Positions 44,760-55,390 of a stretch of DNA of 64,000 bases are shown piece after piece. The position numbers were made by a program, and so were the translations under genes. This stretch comes from an uncultured bacterium (GTDB lineage: Bacteria; Chloroflexota; Ktedonobacteria; Ktedonobacterales; JADMIN01), in contig CAVTFE010000046.1 of NCBI GenBank assembly GCA_963733745.1, forward strand, positions 113,448 through 177,447. The letters are read 5' to 3'. The stretch's first letter is position 1; every line of letters starts with the position of its first letter. The notes beneath the pieces are model-generated. The model searched no databases. It was not told the DNA's origin and saw only the letters and a list, made by a program, of their open reading frames with translations.

Positions 44760-45757
44760 ATGCCTGATCTACGCACGACCTACCTTGGCCTCGCACTGAA
44801 GAATCCACTCGTGGTCTCGGCGTCTCCTCTCTCGAAGAGCGTGGACACCGTGCGACGACTGGAGGACGCTGGCGCAGCGGCGGTGGTGATGTACTCCTTG
44901 TTCGAAGAAGAGATCACCCATGAGAGCTTCGAACTGGATCACTATCTGGACGCTGGCGCGCACAGCTACGCCGAGAGCATGAGCTACTTCCCTGACCTGG
45001 AGACCTATAGCATCGGCCCGGAGCGCTATCTGGAGCACGTGAGCCAACTCAAAGCAGCCGTCAACATCCCGATCATCGGCAGTCTGAATGGCGTCTCCTC
45101 GGGCGGCTGGGTGGAGTACGCGCGGCGCATCGAGGCAGCGGGCGCCGACGCGCTCGAGCTGAACATCTACTACCTTCCGGCGCGGCCCGACCTGACCGCC
45201 GAGGAGGTAGAGAACGAGTACATGGAGCTCATTCGCGACGTGTGCGCCGAGGTCAGTGTCCCAGTCGCCGTGAAGCTCAGCCCCTACTTCACGGCGTTGC
45301 CCCATATGGCCCAGCGATGCGTGGAGGCTGGCGCCAATGGTCTCGTGCTGTTTAACCGGTTCTACCAGCCTGATTTCGACCTCGAGGCGCTCTGCGTCAC
45401 GCCCAATTTGCAGTTGAGCACCTCGAACGAATTGCGCCTGCGTCTGCGCTGGGTGGCGATGCTCTATGGGCGCGTCATGACGGACTTCGCCATTACCGGC
45501 GGCGTGCACAGTCGGCGAGGATACGGTGAAGGCGGTGATGGCTGGCGCGAGCGTGGCGATGATGGCTTCCGAACTACTCGCCCATGGCAGTCGAGCGCGT
45601 CGCGGGCGTCCTGGCGGAACTGAGCGAGTGGATGCGCGAGCATGAGTATGACTCTCTTACCCAGATGCGCGGCTGCATGAGCCAGCGCGCCATCGCCGAC
45701 CCAGGGGCGTTCGAGCGCGCCAACTACATGAAGACCCTCAACTCCTACACACGCTAG
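44760..45757 (+). CDS. Dihydroorotate-dehydrogenase-like FMN protein commonly paired with PFOR (frameshifted near 45510-45600)
   Basis: [53 protein letters not shown]. Confidence 0.85.
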
Positions 45758-45856
45758 CGGCCATCTGTCGAGGATTCCGGGAGCATCACTAGTCGGCGCT
45801 TTGTCCATGTCATTGGGCAAAGCGCCGAGAGATACGCGAGAAGTGGGCGGCGCAGA

Positions 45857-46267
45857 TCAGACGGCGACAAGCAGGTGTCGTTCTGCGCGTGCAACCACGA
45901 GGCATAGATCTTCTGGATCGACCGGCTCGGCGACGATGGGCGCCTGGATGCGCCCAAGCACGCGTCCAAACACCACCTCAACCTGCTCAGGAGTAGGGGT
46001 GATGACCACAAAAGCATGCTTGTCTGCCAAACGCTTGTCGTGAGTCGCGGCGCCAAGGATAGCCACGCTGTCTGCGCCGGTCATGGTGTTATCAAAGAGC
46101 GATACATCAAAGAGCACTACCATACCGCCCTTACTCTCGCGGAGCAGCGCCAAGGCGCTCTCCGGGCTGGCGGCTTCCAGCACAATATACCCTTCGTCTT
46201 CCAAAAGGTCGCGAAGAGTTCTCCGCACGCACGTATCCGTGTGCGCGATCAGTATAGATGTCTCCAT
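45857..46267 (-). CDS. Stand-alone, divergent receiver-domain protein
   Basis: ILIA...LRDLLEDEGY.VLEA, VVLFDV, EP in place of KP. Confidence 0.7.
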   Translation of the reverse strand: METSILIAHTDTCVRRTLRDLLEDEGYIVLEAASPESALALLRESKGGMVVLFDVSLFDNTMTGADSVAILGAATHDKRLADKHAFVVITPTPEQVEVVFGRVLGRIQAPIVAEPVDPEDLCLVVARAERHLLVAV

Positions 46268-46460
46268 GTCCTGTCTCCTCTCTGCATAGCCCCCGTATCG
46301 TTCACGTCGGCGCCTCGCGCGCCCCAGACGGCTACGTCAGACGTCTACTCATGGTGTAGTGCATCTCCGTCACAACGACGACACGCTATCTTCCCAGCGC
46401 CTCACGAGCGCCACACGGCTTCCCGCAGCGGCGTCGGCAAGGCGTTCAACCGTGCTTACA

Positions 46461-46548
46461 CGCGATACATTCGCGATACATTCGCGATACATTCGCGATA
46501 CGTACACGATACGTACACGATACGTTCACGATACGTTCACGATACGTT
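46461..46548. repeat. Tandem repeat, 8 x 11 bp (CRCGATACRTW)
   Basis: cgcgatacatt x3, cgcgatacgta, cacgatacgta, cacgatacgtt x3. Confidence 0.95.
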
Positions 46549-46678
46549 CGACCGTCGGCGCTACTTCCTTTGCTCCGGCGCTGTCGCGCTACGCCAAGCT
46601 GATACGAGCACAGAAACCAGGTGGCAAGTCCTGACGGGGCGCCACCGTGATCGCCTTGCGCGCTTGGCGCCTCTGGCA

Positions 46679-46710
46679 GTGAGCGCGCTGTGACACTGGT
46701 GGGCGACACT
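46679..46710 (+). promoter_or_regulatory. Tandem-repeat promoter upstream of hsp20
   Basis: GTGAG-N6-GTGAC-N10-GACACT. Confidence 0.5.
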
Positions 46711-46810
46711 ATCTATGGACCCAAGCGCAAGGGGTGGCGCAGTTGGATTGCGCAGTTGGATTGCTGCGAACGTCACCCCGTCGCGCAGGTCGCATTGCAG
46801 GAGGCATGCC

Positions 46811-47281
46811 ATGAGTTCCCCATCTGATGCCGTTGATGTCTTTACCCCATTGCGCCAAGTCGTGAGCCGCTTCATCGATGATGGGCCGGTAAGCGCCGAT
46901 TGGCTGGTGATGCTCGGGCGGAGTATCCCAGTGGATGTCATCGATACGCCCGACGAATACACCATTGAGGCGTCGCTGCCTGGAGTACGCCCTGAGCATG
47001 TCCAGATTAGCGTCGCTGACAACACCGTGACGATTCGCGTGGGCCGCCGGGCGATCGCGCGCCATGACGCCGATGTCACCTATCTGCGCCGTGAGCGTGT
47101 AGAGCGGCCAACCCCTGAAATGAGTCGCACGATCACCCTGCCTGTTCGCGTCAACCCTGAGAAGGTGAATGCGACTTTCGAGCATGGGGTGTTGACACTC
47201 CATATCGTCAAAGATGAGGAGACCAAGTCTCACCTGATTCCGCTTCACGTCACGCGGGAGAAAGAGGTCGCCAAGCGCTGA
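46811..47281 (+). CDS. Hsp20/alpha-crystallin family chaperone
   Basis: PVDVIDT.DEY...ASLPGV, RTITLP, ATFEHGVLTL. Confidence 0.9.
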   Translation: MSSPSDAVDVFTPLRQVVSRFIDDGPVSADWLVMLGRSIPVDVIDTPDEYTIEASLPGVRPEHVQISVADNTVTIRVGRRAIARHDADVTYLRRERVERPTPEMSRTITLPVRVNPEKVNATFEHGVLTLHIVKDEETKSHLIPLHVTREKEVAKR

Positions 47282-47416
47282 GCCAGTGCGCCAAAGGATG
47301 GCGACGATCTGCCGCCACCGACTACTGGAAAACTGCGTGACACGTCCCGCAGATTGGCCTCGATGGCGCTCAGCACTGCCATCGGAGGCCAATCTGCACT
47401 TGCAGGAGAGATATGC

Positions 47417-49144
47417 ATGGCCATCACTGTACGTCCGGCGTCCGATGTGCGTCAGCGTCAGGGACCTAGCGCGCGTACGGCTCGCCCCAATCGCGCGCGG
47501 CAGATCGCCACGATTCTCGCCCGCAACGGCTTTGGATTCATGATTGGGCGAGTGAGCAGAGACGTGCGTGTCTCTTTGCGCAGAGCCACCGCTGACGGCG
47601 CACCAAGGCCCGTGAGGAGTCTAAGCGGCCCTGAACGGGCGCGGCTGACCATTGAAGAGCTCGGCCCCACGTTTATCAAACTCGGGCAGATTCTCTCCAC
47701 CAGAGGAGATCTTGTGCCAGCCGCTTATCGAGCGGAACTGGTCAAGCTCCAAGATGCGGCGGCGCCAGTGCCCGAAGACGAGATTCGCGCTGAGCTGCTC
47801 GAGGAACTGGGCTGTCCCATTGAAGACGCGTTCAGGAGTTTTGATTTCACACCGCTGGCCGCCGCGTCAATCGGGCAGGCGCACACCGCAACATTATTAG
47901 ATGGCACAGAGGTCGTCGTTAAGCTCCGTCGACCGGGCGCGCTCGCTCTCGTGACGGAAGATCTACACATTCTGCAGGACCTGGCGCTGCGCGCAAGCCA
48001 GCACTGGAACGCGGCGCGAGAGTATGATCTGGTCGGCGTCGCGCAGGAATTCGCACAGACATTACGCACAGAGCTTGATTACCTCCACGAGGCGCACAGC
48101 ATGGAGCGCATCGCCGCGAACTTCGCCGATGACGGAACAGTGCATATCCCGACCGTCTATTGGGACCTGACGACGACCCGCATGTTGACGCTGGAGCGGA
48201 TCTACGGCTGCAAGATCACTGAGTTCGCTTGTCTTGAGGCGGAGGGGCTGCGCAGAGCGGATGTTGCGCATAGGGCGGCGCGTCTCCTGTTGACGATGAT
48301 CTTAGACCACGGCTTCTTTCACGCGGACCCACACCCGGGCAACGTGCTTGTCGAGCAGGATGGGCGCATTGCCTTGATCGATTTTGGGATGGTCGGCGCG
48401 GTTGACGCGGCGACTCAAGGGAAACTGCTCCGTCTCGTGATGGGGATCACGGAAAAGAATGCAGGCACGCTCACCGATGTCATGCTCGAGTTGGGCATCT
48501 CTGGCGCGCACGTGGATCGCAACACCCTGCGCCGCGACATGCAACGCCTGCTGGATCGCTATGGTGATAGTGTGCTCGGTGATGTGCCGGTTGGCGCCTT
48601 CTTGGGTCAGGTGGTGGAGGCGCTCCGGCGGCAACGGATTCGCCTTCCCTCCGATCTCGCGCTCCTGCTGAAGACGCTGGCTATGGGCGAAGGTCTGGGA
48701 AAAGAGCTTGATCCTGAGTTCAATCTGCTTGATGTCTACATCCCGTTGACGCAGGATCTGGTCCGCCGACAGGTCACACCGGCTACCTGGACGAAGCAAT
48801 TCTTGCTCGCCGGTATCGACGCTTTGCAGGTGACGATGCAAGTGCCACAACAACTGCGCCGGATCCTCGGCGACATTGAGCGTGGTGGCTTTGAGGTCAA
48901 TCTTCAGCCGGCGAGTTTTGATCCCTATTTCGAGCGACTGCAGCAGTTGGTCAACCGCATCCTTATCGCCCTTCTTGCCGCCACCTGCACGATTTCAACC
49001 GCCATAATCGTCGCGGCGTACCATCCCGCTCGGTGGGACTGGGTGGCTGAGACGCTGTTCTTGCTCGCATTGCTCTTCGCGGGCGTATTTGGTGGCTACA
49101 TCCTCGTCGCCCTTGCGCGCTCCAGACGTTCGCATGGCCAGTAG
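47417..49144 (+). CDS. AarF/ABC1/UbiB family kinase
   Basis: ELGPTFIKLGQILSTR, AAASIGQAH, VVVK, FFHADPHPGN, IDFGMVG. Confidence 0.92.
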   Translation: MAITVRPASDVRQRQGPSARTARPNRARQIATILARNGFGFMIGRVSRDVRVSLRRATADGAPRPVRSLSGPERARLTIEELGPTFIKLGQILSTRGDLVPAAYRAELVKLQDAAAPVPEDEIRAELLEELGCPIEDAFRSFDFTPLAAASIGQAHTATLLDGTEVVVKLRRPGALALVTEDLHILQDLALRASQHWNAAREYDLVGVAQEFAQTLRTELDYLHEAHSMERIAANFADDGTVHIPTVYWDLTTTRMLTLERIYGCKITEFACLEAEGLRRADVAHRAARLLLTMILDHGFFHADPHPGNVLVEQDGRIALIDFGMVGAVDAATQGKLLRLVMGITEKNAGTLTDVMLELGISGAHVDRNTLRRDMQRLLDRYGDSVLGDVPVGAFLGQVVEALRRQRIRLPSDLALLLKTLAMGEGLGKELDPEFNLLDVYIPLTQDLVRRQVTPATWTKQFLLAGIDALQVTMQVPQQLRRILGDIERGGFEVNLQPASFDPYFERLQQLVNRILIALLAATCTISTAIIVAAYHPARWDWVAETLFLLALLFAGVFGGYILVALARSRRSHGQ

Positions 49145-49201
49145 CGTCATGAGCAGCAACTGAGGAGTGATCTGCGCCCTCGACACAGCATCATTGTACT
49201 A

Positions 49202-49393
49202 GCGGCTGACACCGTGCGCGATGAGGATGTAGAACTGAACACACAGGGCATCCATCTCGCCTTCGCTGCGCTTCAAGGGCCGGTGCGCGATCACCTCATC
49301 AAGATGGAGTTGCAGAAGACCATCGACGCGCGGAACTTCTCTCCCACGCTGCACACCGCGATCACGGCCACTGCGGAACAGTCAAAAGCGTAG
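49202..49393 (+). pseudogene. Remnant of a STAS domain (SulP-type transporter C-terminus)
   Basis: AADTV...ELNTQGIHLAFAALQGPVRDHL...NFSPTL; no start or N-terminal part. Confidence 0.5.
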
Positions 49394-49570
49394 TGAGGAG
49401 CGTCACAGTATCCGCTTGGACCTTTATCATGCCGCTTATCAGCGCCGAAACGCTCGCAAGTGACCAGGGGGCTTGAGTCTGCGTGTTGAACGTAGAGACA
49501 TTGACGAGTGCGGCGCCCTAAGGCGGCCACGGAGCGCAGGGTGGAGGCCCAATTGCACAATTTGCGCACT

Positions 49571-50993
49571 ATGCACAGCCGCTATCCACGCCTGTCGCTC
49601 CTCGATCGGAGTGCGCTCAGGATCGAGCGAGCCGATACACCAGCGCATATCGCTGGTTTGTGCCTCATCAGGGCCGAGCCGCTGCTTGACGCGACTGGCG
49701 CGCTGGATCTCGAGACTGATCAAGCGCCACCTCGAGCGGCGCCTCGTTCGCGCCCCAGCGCTGCGCCGGATCATCCAACCGACGCCTCCGCTCGGTGGTC
49801 CCCCGGTGTGGGTCGACGACCCCCACTTCTCGATCGATCGACATATTCTCAGCGCGCGGCTCGCTCCACCGGGGGATGAAGTCATCCTCCTGAGAACCGT
49901 CGAGCTCGTGCTGCGTCAGTTGCTTGACCGCACCCGCCCCCTCTGGGAGGTCTGGTTCCTCACCGATCTGGAAGACGGACGGGTGGGGATGCTCGTCAAG
50001 ATCCACCATGCGCTCGCCGACGGCGGCGCCGCCATCGCGCTCATCATGTCTCTGCTCGATCTTGCGCCAGACGCGCCAGAGCCACCTGCCAGCAGGTGGC
50101 CGCTCACACTTGCGCCCTCACCACAGGCGCTCGTCTGCGACAACATTGGTAGCAGACTGGCCGCGATCCGCTCGACCCTTGCACACCCGGCCCAGGTCGC
50201 ACGCGGCGTCGGGACGACGCTCACCGATTCAGCCCGATTTCTCGGGCGTTGGAACGCCGCTCCGCGCACATCACTGAATGCATCCTCCGAGCCGGGATGT
50301 CGCATCCGGGCCTTTCCGCTTGACCTGCAGACGGTGCGAGCAGTGGCGCATGCTCACCATGCCAAGATCAACGATGTCGTTTTGTCCGTGGTGAGCGGAG
50401 GCCTGCGCGAGCTGCTCATCACACGCGGCGAGGCTGTCGCGGGCCTTGAGCTGACGGCGCTCGTCCCTGAGACGCTGCGAGCCGAACAGGCTACTGGACA
50501 ACTAGGCAATGCGGTGGGCATGTTGCTGGTGCGGCTGCCAGTTGGCGAGCATGACACGTTGCGGCGACTTGCGCATGTGGCTCTCTCAACACAGCTTGCC
50601 AAGGCGGAGCAACATCCCGGGTTCATCAGTGACGTGTTGGGAATTGGGGCTGCCATCGGCATTGCGCGGCCGTTCATTGCGCGACAGCGAATGGCCAATA
50701 TCTTCGTGACCAACGTGCCTGGCCCACCGGCGCCCCTCTATGTCTTGGGCGCCAGAATCGACGAGGTTTTGCCGTTCATCGGACCCGGCGGGAATGTCAC
50801 GCTGATGTTCGCGGCGCTCTCCTACTGTGAACGTCTCAACGTGCTTGTCACTGCCAATGCAGCCGCCTGCCCCGATCTCGACACGCTGATTGCGGGGATG
50901 AGACGGAGTTGGGAGGACGTCATGGCGAGAACGGACGCAAGAGCGGTTACAGCGCTCTCGGGAACCAGCGGAGATCGTTCGACCGCGTTGTAG
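49571..50993 (+). CDS. Wax ester synthase/diacylglycerol acyltransferase (frameshift near 49718)
   Basis: RLSLLD, RPLWE, HHALADG catalytic motif, INDVVL, TNVPGP. Confidence 0.9.
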
Positions 50994-51055
50994 TCGCGTC
51001 GTCGCACCGATGGTGAGAGCTGACACTCCCCCGGCTGAAGCCGGGAGGTTCTGGC

Positions 51056-52314
51056 TCAGCGCCAGCTACTTGTGGCCCGTGTACAGGGCGCTACTCCGAT
51101 GGGACGGAGATACTTGACCGTGTCGGCTTGCATCTTGCTGTAGCGGCCAAAGACCGCTTTCGAGCAGATATTGGCGCTGCCGTTCACATCCCGATGCACC
51201 TGCGCGCCACAGCCCGCGTACCGAAAGCGGCGCCCGCGCGGCGAGGAGGGCTGGACGTGCCCACTCACACTACACGTTCTGGTGGAATATGCTTCGTCGA
51301 TCCACTCCACGGTGATCCCCAGCCGCGCCGCCTTCTCGGTGAGGTAGCGGGCGAACTGCCCATGCGGCCACTGGCTGATCTTCTGGTGATCTTCTGGTCA
51401 CGCGTCCCAGGCTGACTCCGGTTTGGATGTCACGCACATCCCCTACCGCGATGCGGCTCACCCCGTCCTCTTGGCAGAAGTCCACGCACTTTCCTCGCCG
51501 CCTGATGCAGCAGATCGCGTTGCTGGCGATACACCCTGGCGCTCATCTGGGCTTTGCGCTTGAGCAAGCGTTGCGCGCGGCGAGATCCGGGCTGGCAACG
51601 ACTCAGCTTCTCCTGCAGCACGCTATGGACCTTATTGCGCCATTGCTTGCACGCGCGTAAGCGTCGTCCCGAGACCACGAGCGCATGGCGTCGAGTCGTG
51701 GTGACCGCCGCGACGTGCACCTCGCCCAGATCCACCCCTGCGACCGCCCCTATGGGCAGCGAAGGTGGCAGCGTTTCGCCCGTATCTAGCGTCAGACAGA
51801 GCTCGTAGTGGTCCGCCCGCCAGGTCACCTCCACCCGACGCAGGTTCGCTCCCTGATACTCGGCAGGCAACGACAGCAGCAGCGGGGGCCGCTGTCCGCC
51901 GGTGGGCAGGCGCAGATAGCCAGAGGGCAGGATCGTGAGCGCCTGATCCTTCCAGATCACCGTCTGGTAGACTTTGGGGTGGCGAGGGTAGTCCGTCTGG
52001 ATGCGCCCGGTTGCAGCCAGCTCCTGCCGCCGCAGGTCGGTGGCCGTCTCCACGTTGGCGCTGAATTTCTGGCAGAGGGCTTGCACACTCTGGCTGTGCA
52101 GCGCATACTGCCCGCCCTTGGTCGCCTGCTCCAACTCGCCGGCCGAAAGCCACTGTCCCTGTGCTCGCGCCTGGGCATGGAGGGTGAGCAAATCCGTCCA
52201 CAGGCGTCCGGCCTCTTGTCGCAGCGCCTGAGACTGCGACAGCTGCGCTGCGGAGAGACTACGCAGAGAGATGAGACGCACGGCGCACCGCGTCTTTGTC
52301 TGCTTGTAGGGCAT
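51056..52314 (-). pseudogene. tnpB: TnpB RNA-guided nuclease, frameshifted
   Basis: LHSQS.Q, AGVDLG (RuvC-I), IAVGDV (RuvC-II), DEAYSTRTC, HRDVNG (RuvC-III); frameshifts near 51490 and at a short duplication near 51376-51398. Confidence 0.85.
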
Positions 52315-52341
52315 TGGTCGCCTCCTGCTCACCGCGAACGC

Positions 52342-52371
52342 AGCATACTCGCTAGAACAGATGTTTGTCAA
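52342..52371 (-). promoter_or_regulatory. tnpB promoter with embedded LexA-like box
   Basis: TTGACA-18 bp-TATGCT then AGGAGG RBS; GAAC-AGAT-GTTT at 52355-52366. Confidence 0.6.
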
Positions 52372-52462
52372 GGGCAGGGCGGGGCGATTCATCCCCCGCT
52401 GAAGCCAGGGGCATTCTCGCCCCGGTTCTGTAATGTAATCGTGAGTTTGACAGCGCCCGCAT

Positions 52463-52494
52463 GTGACTGTGGTGTGAGACATGGTTGCCAGAAT
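52463..52494 (+). promoter_or_regulatory. Tandem-repeat promoter upstream of the 52576 gene
   Basis: GTGAC-N6-GTGAG-N10-CAGAAT. Confidence 0.45.
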
Positions 52495-52575
52495 GATTGG
52501 TGGATGGCGAAGTATCCGGTGTGGGGCAGAGTACTCCGCGCCAGGCGTTCAGCGCCATTAAAGTGAGCTGATTCT

Positions 52576-53094
52576 ATGGCTGTCGAAACTCGTCCGCCTG
52601 TCAACCCGTTCATCCCAACACGTACATCCTCAGAAACGCCGATTCGCCGTGCTGGATATTGGGGGCTGCGCGCCGCGATCATCGGACTCACAGCGTTCAT
52701 GGCATTGACCGCGATCCAGGGGGCGATTTTCGTCCTTCCGGTAATGCCGCGCGCGGCGCTGCAAAAGGGCGTCCTGGCCCTCTTCCCAGACTACACGATC
52801 CCAGCGCTCGCACTCGGCTTGCTGTGTGGTGGCGCGGCGTTGCTCGCCCTCATCCTGGTGATCGCGCGGCCTCGGCTCGGCGCGCTGACCTCAATCATCG
52901 CAGGGGTGTTCATGATCGCCTTTGAGCTGGTCGAGATCGTAGTGGTCGGCTTCACTCCTGCGCAAACACCCGATCAGTGGCCGGCCTGGCTGCAAGTGGT
53001 CTACCTAGCGGTTGGCGGCGCCATAGTGATCCTTGGTGCGCGACTGTGGAAGGCCGAGACCGGGTCCTACGCGCTCAGATGGCCATCCCGGTAG
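52576..53094 (+). CDS. Hypothetical four-TM membrane protein
   Basis: Hydrophobic helices; F.DY.IP.L.L segment. Confidence 0.7.
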   Translation: MAVETRPPVNPFIPTRTSSETPIRRAGYWGLRAAIIGLTAFMALTAIQGAIFVLPVMPRAALQKGVLALFPDYTIPALALGLLCGGAALLALILVIARPRLGALTSIIAGVFMIAFELVEIVVVGFTPAQTPDQWPAWLQVVYLAVGGAIVILGARLWKAETGSYALRWPSR

Positions 53095-53156
53095 TCAACC
53101 TCCATCTCGCCAGGTCGGCGCATGCCACTGGCGGCTGCTGAAAGCTGAGGCGCGCT

Positions 53157-54026
53157 ATGCCCATTGAAGTGAAGTGGCCCCGAGCGGCTACTCCGTTGAC
53201 AGTGCTAATTCTGATCTTGCTGCCACTCGTCACCCTCATCGGGCTCTTGGTTCCGGGCTTCTATCGCGACACCGTCTGGATGATTCCACAGGCACGCGGA
53301 CAAGATCTGGTCACGCTGCTCGCTATCGAGCCGTTGCTGATTGTGGTGTTGCTTGCCTATCGCGCACGGCCACTGGCTGCCACTCTGGCATGGGCGGGAG
53401 CGTTGAGCTATGTGCTGTACACCTACGCCATGTACAGCTACACGACCTACTTCAACGCGCTGTTCTTGGTGTACGTCGCGTTGTTCTCGGCCTCGCTTTT
53501 CGCGCTGATTGACCTGCTGGCGCATCTCGATCCCGCGCAGGCGCGCGCCGCCATACGCCCAGCGACGCCTACACGCGTGATCGCGGGGTTTTGCGCGCTG
53601 GTTGGGCTCTTCTTCCTCGCCTCGTGGTTGGGACAGATCGTGCCCGCGACCTTGCAGGGAACCGTGCCTGAACCGATTCTGCTGGCCAAGACGCCGACCA
53701 GCGCCGTCCACGTCCAGGATCTTGCAGTCGTACTCCCGCTGTACTTCCTGGCGGCGGTCTGGCTCTGGCGACGGCGCGCCTGGGGGTTCGTCCTGGCGCC
53801 AATCTTGCTCATCTTGGCCGATGCAATGCTACTAGCGATCCTGGCGATGGGCGTGTTCATGGCCCAGGCGGGCTTTGCAGGCTCGTTGGACATGGCGCCG
53901 GTCTTCGCCGGTCTGGCGCTGCTGAGTCTCACACTCACCAGTGTGTATTTCGCGAATATCCAGGCGCCAAGCGCTGCTGAGACGCCAGCGCCTCCCATGT
54001 CTACCTCGCTGTCTGCTGTTGGTTAG
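53157..54026 (+). CDS. Hypothetical multi-pass membrane protein
   Basis: About eight TM helices; QARGQDLVTL, Y.LYTY, DLAVVLP. Confidence 0.75.
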   Translation: MPIEVKWPRAATPLTVLILILLPLVTLIGLLVPGFYRDTVWMIPQARGQDLVTLLAIEPLLIVVLLAYRARPLAATLAWAGALSYVLYTYAMYSYTTYFNALFLVYVALFSASLFALIDLLAHLDPAQARAAIRPATPTRVIAGFCALVGLFFLASWLGQIVPATLQGTVPEPILLAKTPTSAVHVQDLAVVLPLYFLAAVWLWRRRAWGFVLAPILLILADAMLLAILAMGVFMAQAGFAGSLDMAPVFAGLALLSLTLTSVYFANIQAPSAAETPAPPMSTSLSAVG

Positions 54027-54434
54027 ACCATACGATACATGGGAGGCGCGCGCAGCGCAAAGAGTGAGCGGCGCACACCGGCGCGACACTCGTCAGTAAG
54101 GAGAAGAACCTGTCAGCTACCCCGTAGCTAAATGCATCTAAGGAGCATCACCTTGACGCCATCAGGAGCACTACTTGCCGTGCATCCCTACCGGGTTCGC
54201 ATCCGGTGGCCGGCTGACAACCAGAGTGGGGCTGTCCGGCCCGTCTATGTGCAAGCGACACCCACTATCTCCCCGGCCTTTCGGCCTATGTCGCTTGATG
54301 TCACCATCCTAAGCACGACGCTCGCGGTTACTCCGCGAGATAGTTCTCTAATCTCGCACAGGTAGACAAAAACGGAAAGGAGACGGCGCTTCCTCCCCAT
54401 GCTTAAATGCAGGGGTATCCGCGCCGGATATTTG

Positions 54435-55115
54435 ATGAACGCTCGAGTATTGTCGGGCGCAGCAATGTTTGGTGCAGGTAGCGCCGCTGTCGCTGTACTC
54501 CTCACACGCCGCCTCGCCGAGCGCTCCGGCGCAACCAGGAGTGAGGCGCACAGCGCGCTCCCGGGAGATGAGCTTGTTGCCGATCCACAGATTCAGACAA
54601 CGCGGGCGATCACGATCCACGCGCCGGGAGATGCCGTCTGGCCCTGGGTTGCGCAGATCGGCTACCATCGTGGCGGCTGGTACACCAACGCCCGCCTCGA
54701 CAAGCTGCTCTGGCATATCGAGAACCCCAGCGCCGAACACATCCTGCCCGAGTTTCAGCGCTTGGAGGTCGGCGATATCGTGCCTGATGGCCCCGAAGGG
54801 ACGGCGCGCTTCACCGTCGCGGCGATCACGCCAGGTCGCCTGCTCGCCCTGCACGATCCGGATGGCACGCACATCCCGAACACGGACTTCAGTTGGACGT
54901 TCGTACTGCACGAGATCGACGCCGGCAGCACGCGACTGATCCTGCGCACGCGCGCCACCTATCCACGGCGGTGGTGGATAACGCCGCTCGCCTATCTCGC
55001 TCTCGGTCCCGCCGACTACTTCATGTCGCATGTGCTGATGCTGCGCGGGATCAAGGAGCGGGCAGAGCGAACGAGCGCAAGCGAACTCCCAGTCAAGCAG
55101 ATCGCGCCTGTGTGA
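54435..55115 (+). CDS. SRPBCC-like protein
   Basis: LPGDELV, TRAITI.AP..VWPWVAQIG..RGGWY, TRLILR, GIKERAE. Confidence 0.8.
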   Translation: MNARVLSGAAMFGAGSAAVAVLLTRRLAERSGATRSEAHSALPGDELVADPQIQTTRAITIHAPGDAVWPWVAQIGYHRGGWYTNARLDKLLWHIENPSAEHILPEFQRLEVGDIVPDGPEGTARFTVAAITPGRLLALHDPDGTHIPNTDFSWTFVLHEIDAGSTRLILRTRATYPRRWWITPLAYLALGPADYFMSHVLMLRGIKERAERTSASELPVKQIAPV

Positions 55116-55390
55116 TCTGGGGAGCGAGTAAGCATGCAGGCTATGGTTCCATCGACTCTCTAGCCAGCAAGCCGTCTCTGTCAGTTCACGCTGCGTACGC
55201 ATGCTTCCTTCTCGACTGCGGCGCGAGTCTTGCCAACGATGAGCGTCTATCACATCAAGGTGCGCCGCGGCGCATAAGCCCTTCAGCGCCGCAGTTTGCC
55301 CGTCTCTGTCGTTGTGCTCGCAGCTTCAGCGCAGTTCGCACGCTGACACTCCTACGTTCGCAATCTCAGCGACGGCGCTGCGTGGAGGGC

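Larger units (their letters stand above)
51020..52429 (-). mobile_element. IS200/IS605-family element, tnpB-only (IS1341-like)
   Basis: Subterminal hairpins at both ends (CTCCCGGCTTCAGCCGGGGGAG then TGTCA at right end; CCCCTGGCTTCAGCGGGGG at left end); TTAC just outside the left end; no tnpA. Confidence 0.8.

Noticed and set aside
46461..46548. Tandem repeat as a CRISPR array
   Set aside because: Units are 11 bp and contiguous, with no spacers and no cas genes
46737..46764. 13-bp direct repeat GCGCAGTTGGATT x2 in the hsp20 leader
   Set aside because: Only two copies, consistent with a simple local duplication; no match to CIRCE or HAIR operators that I can support
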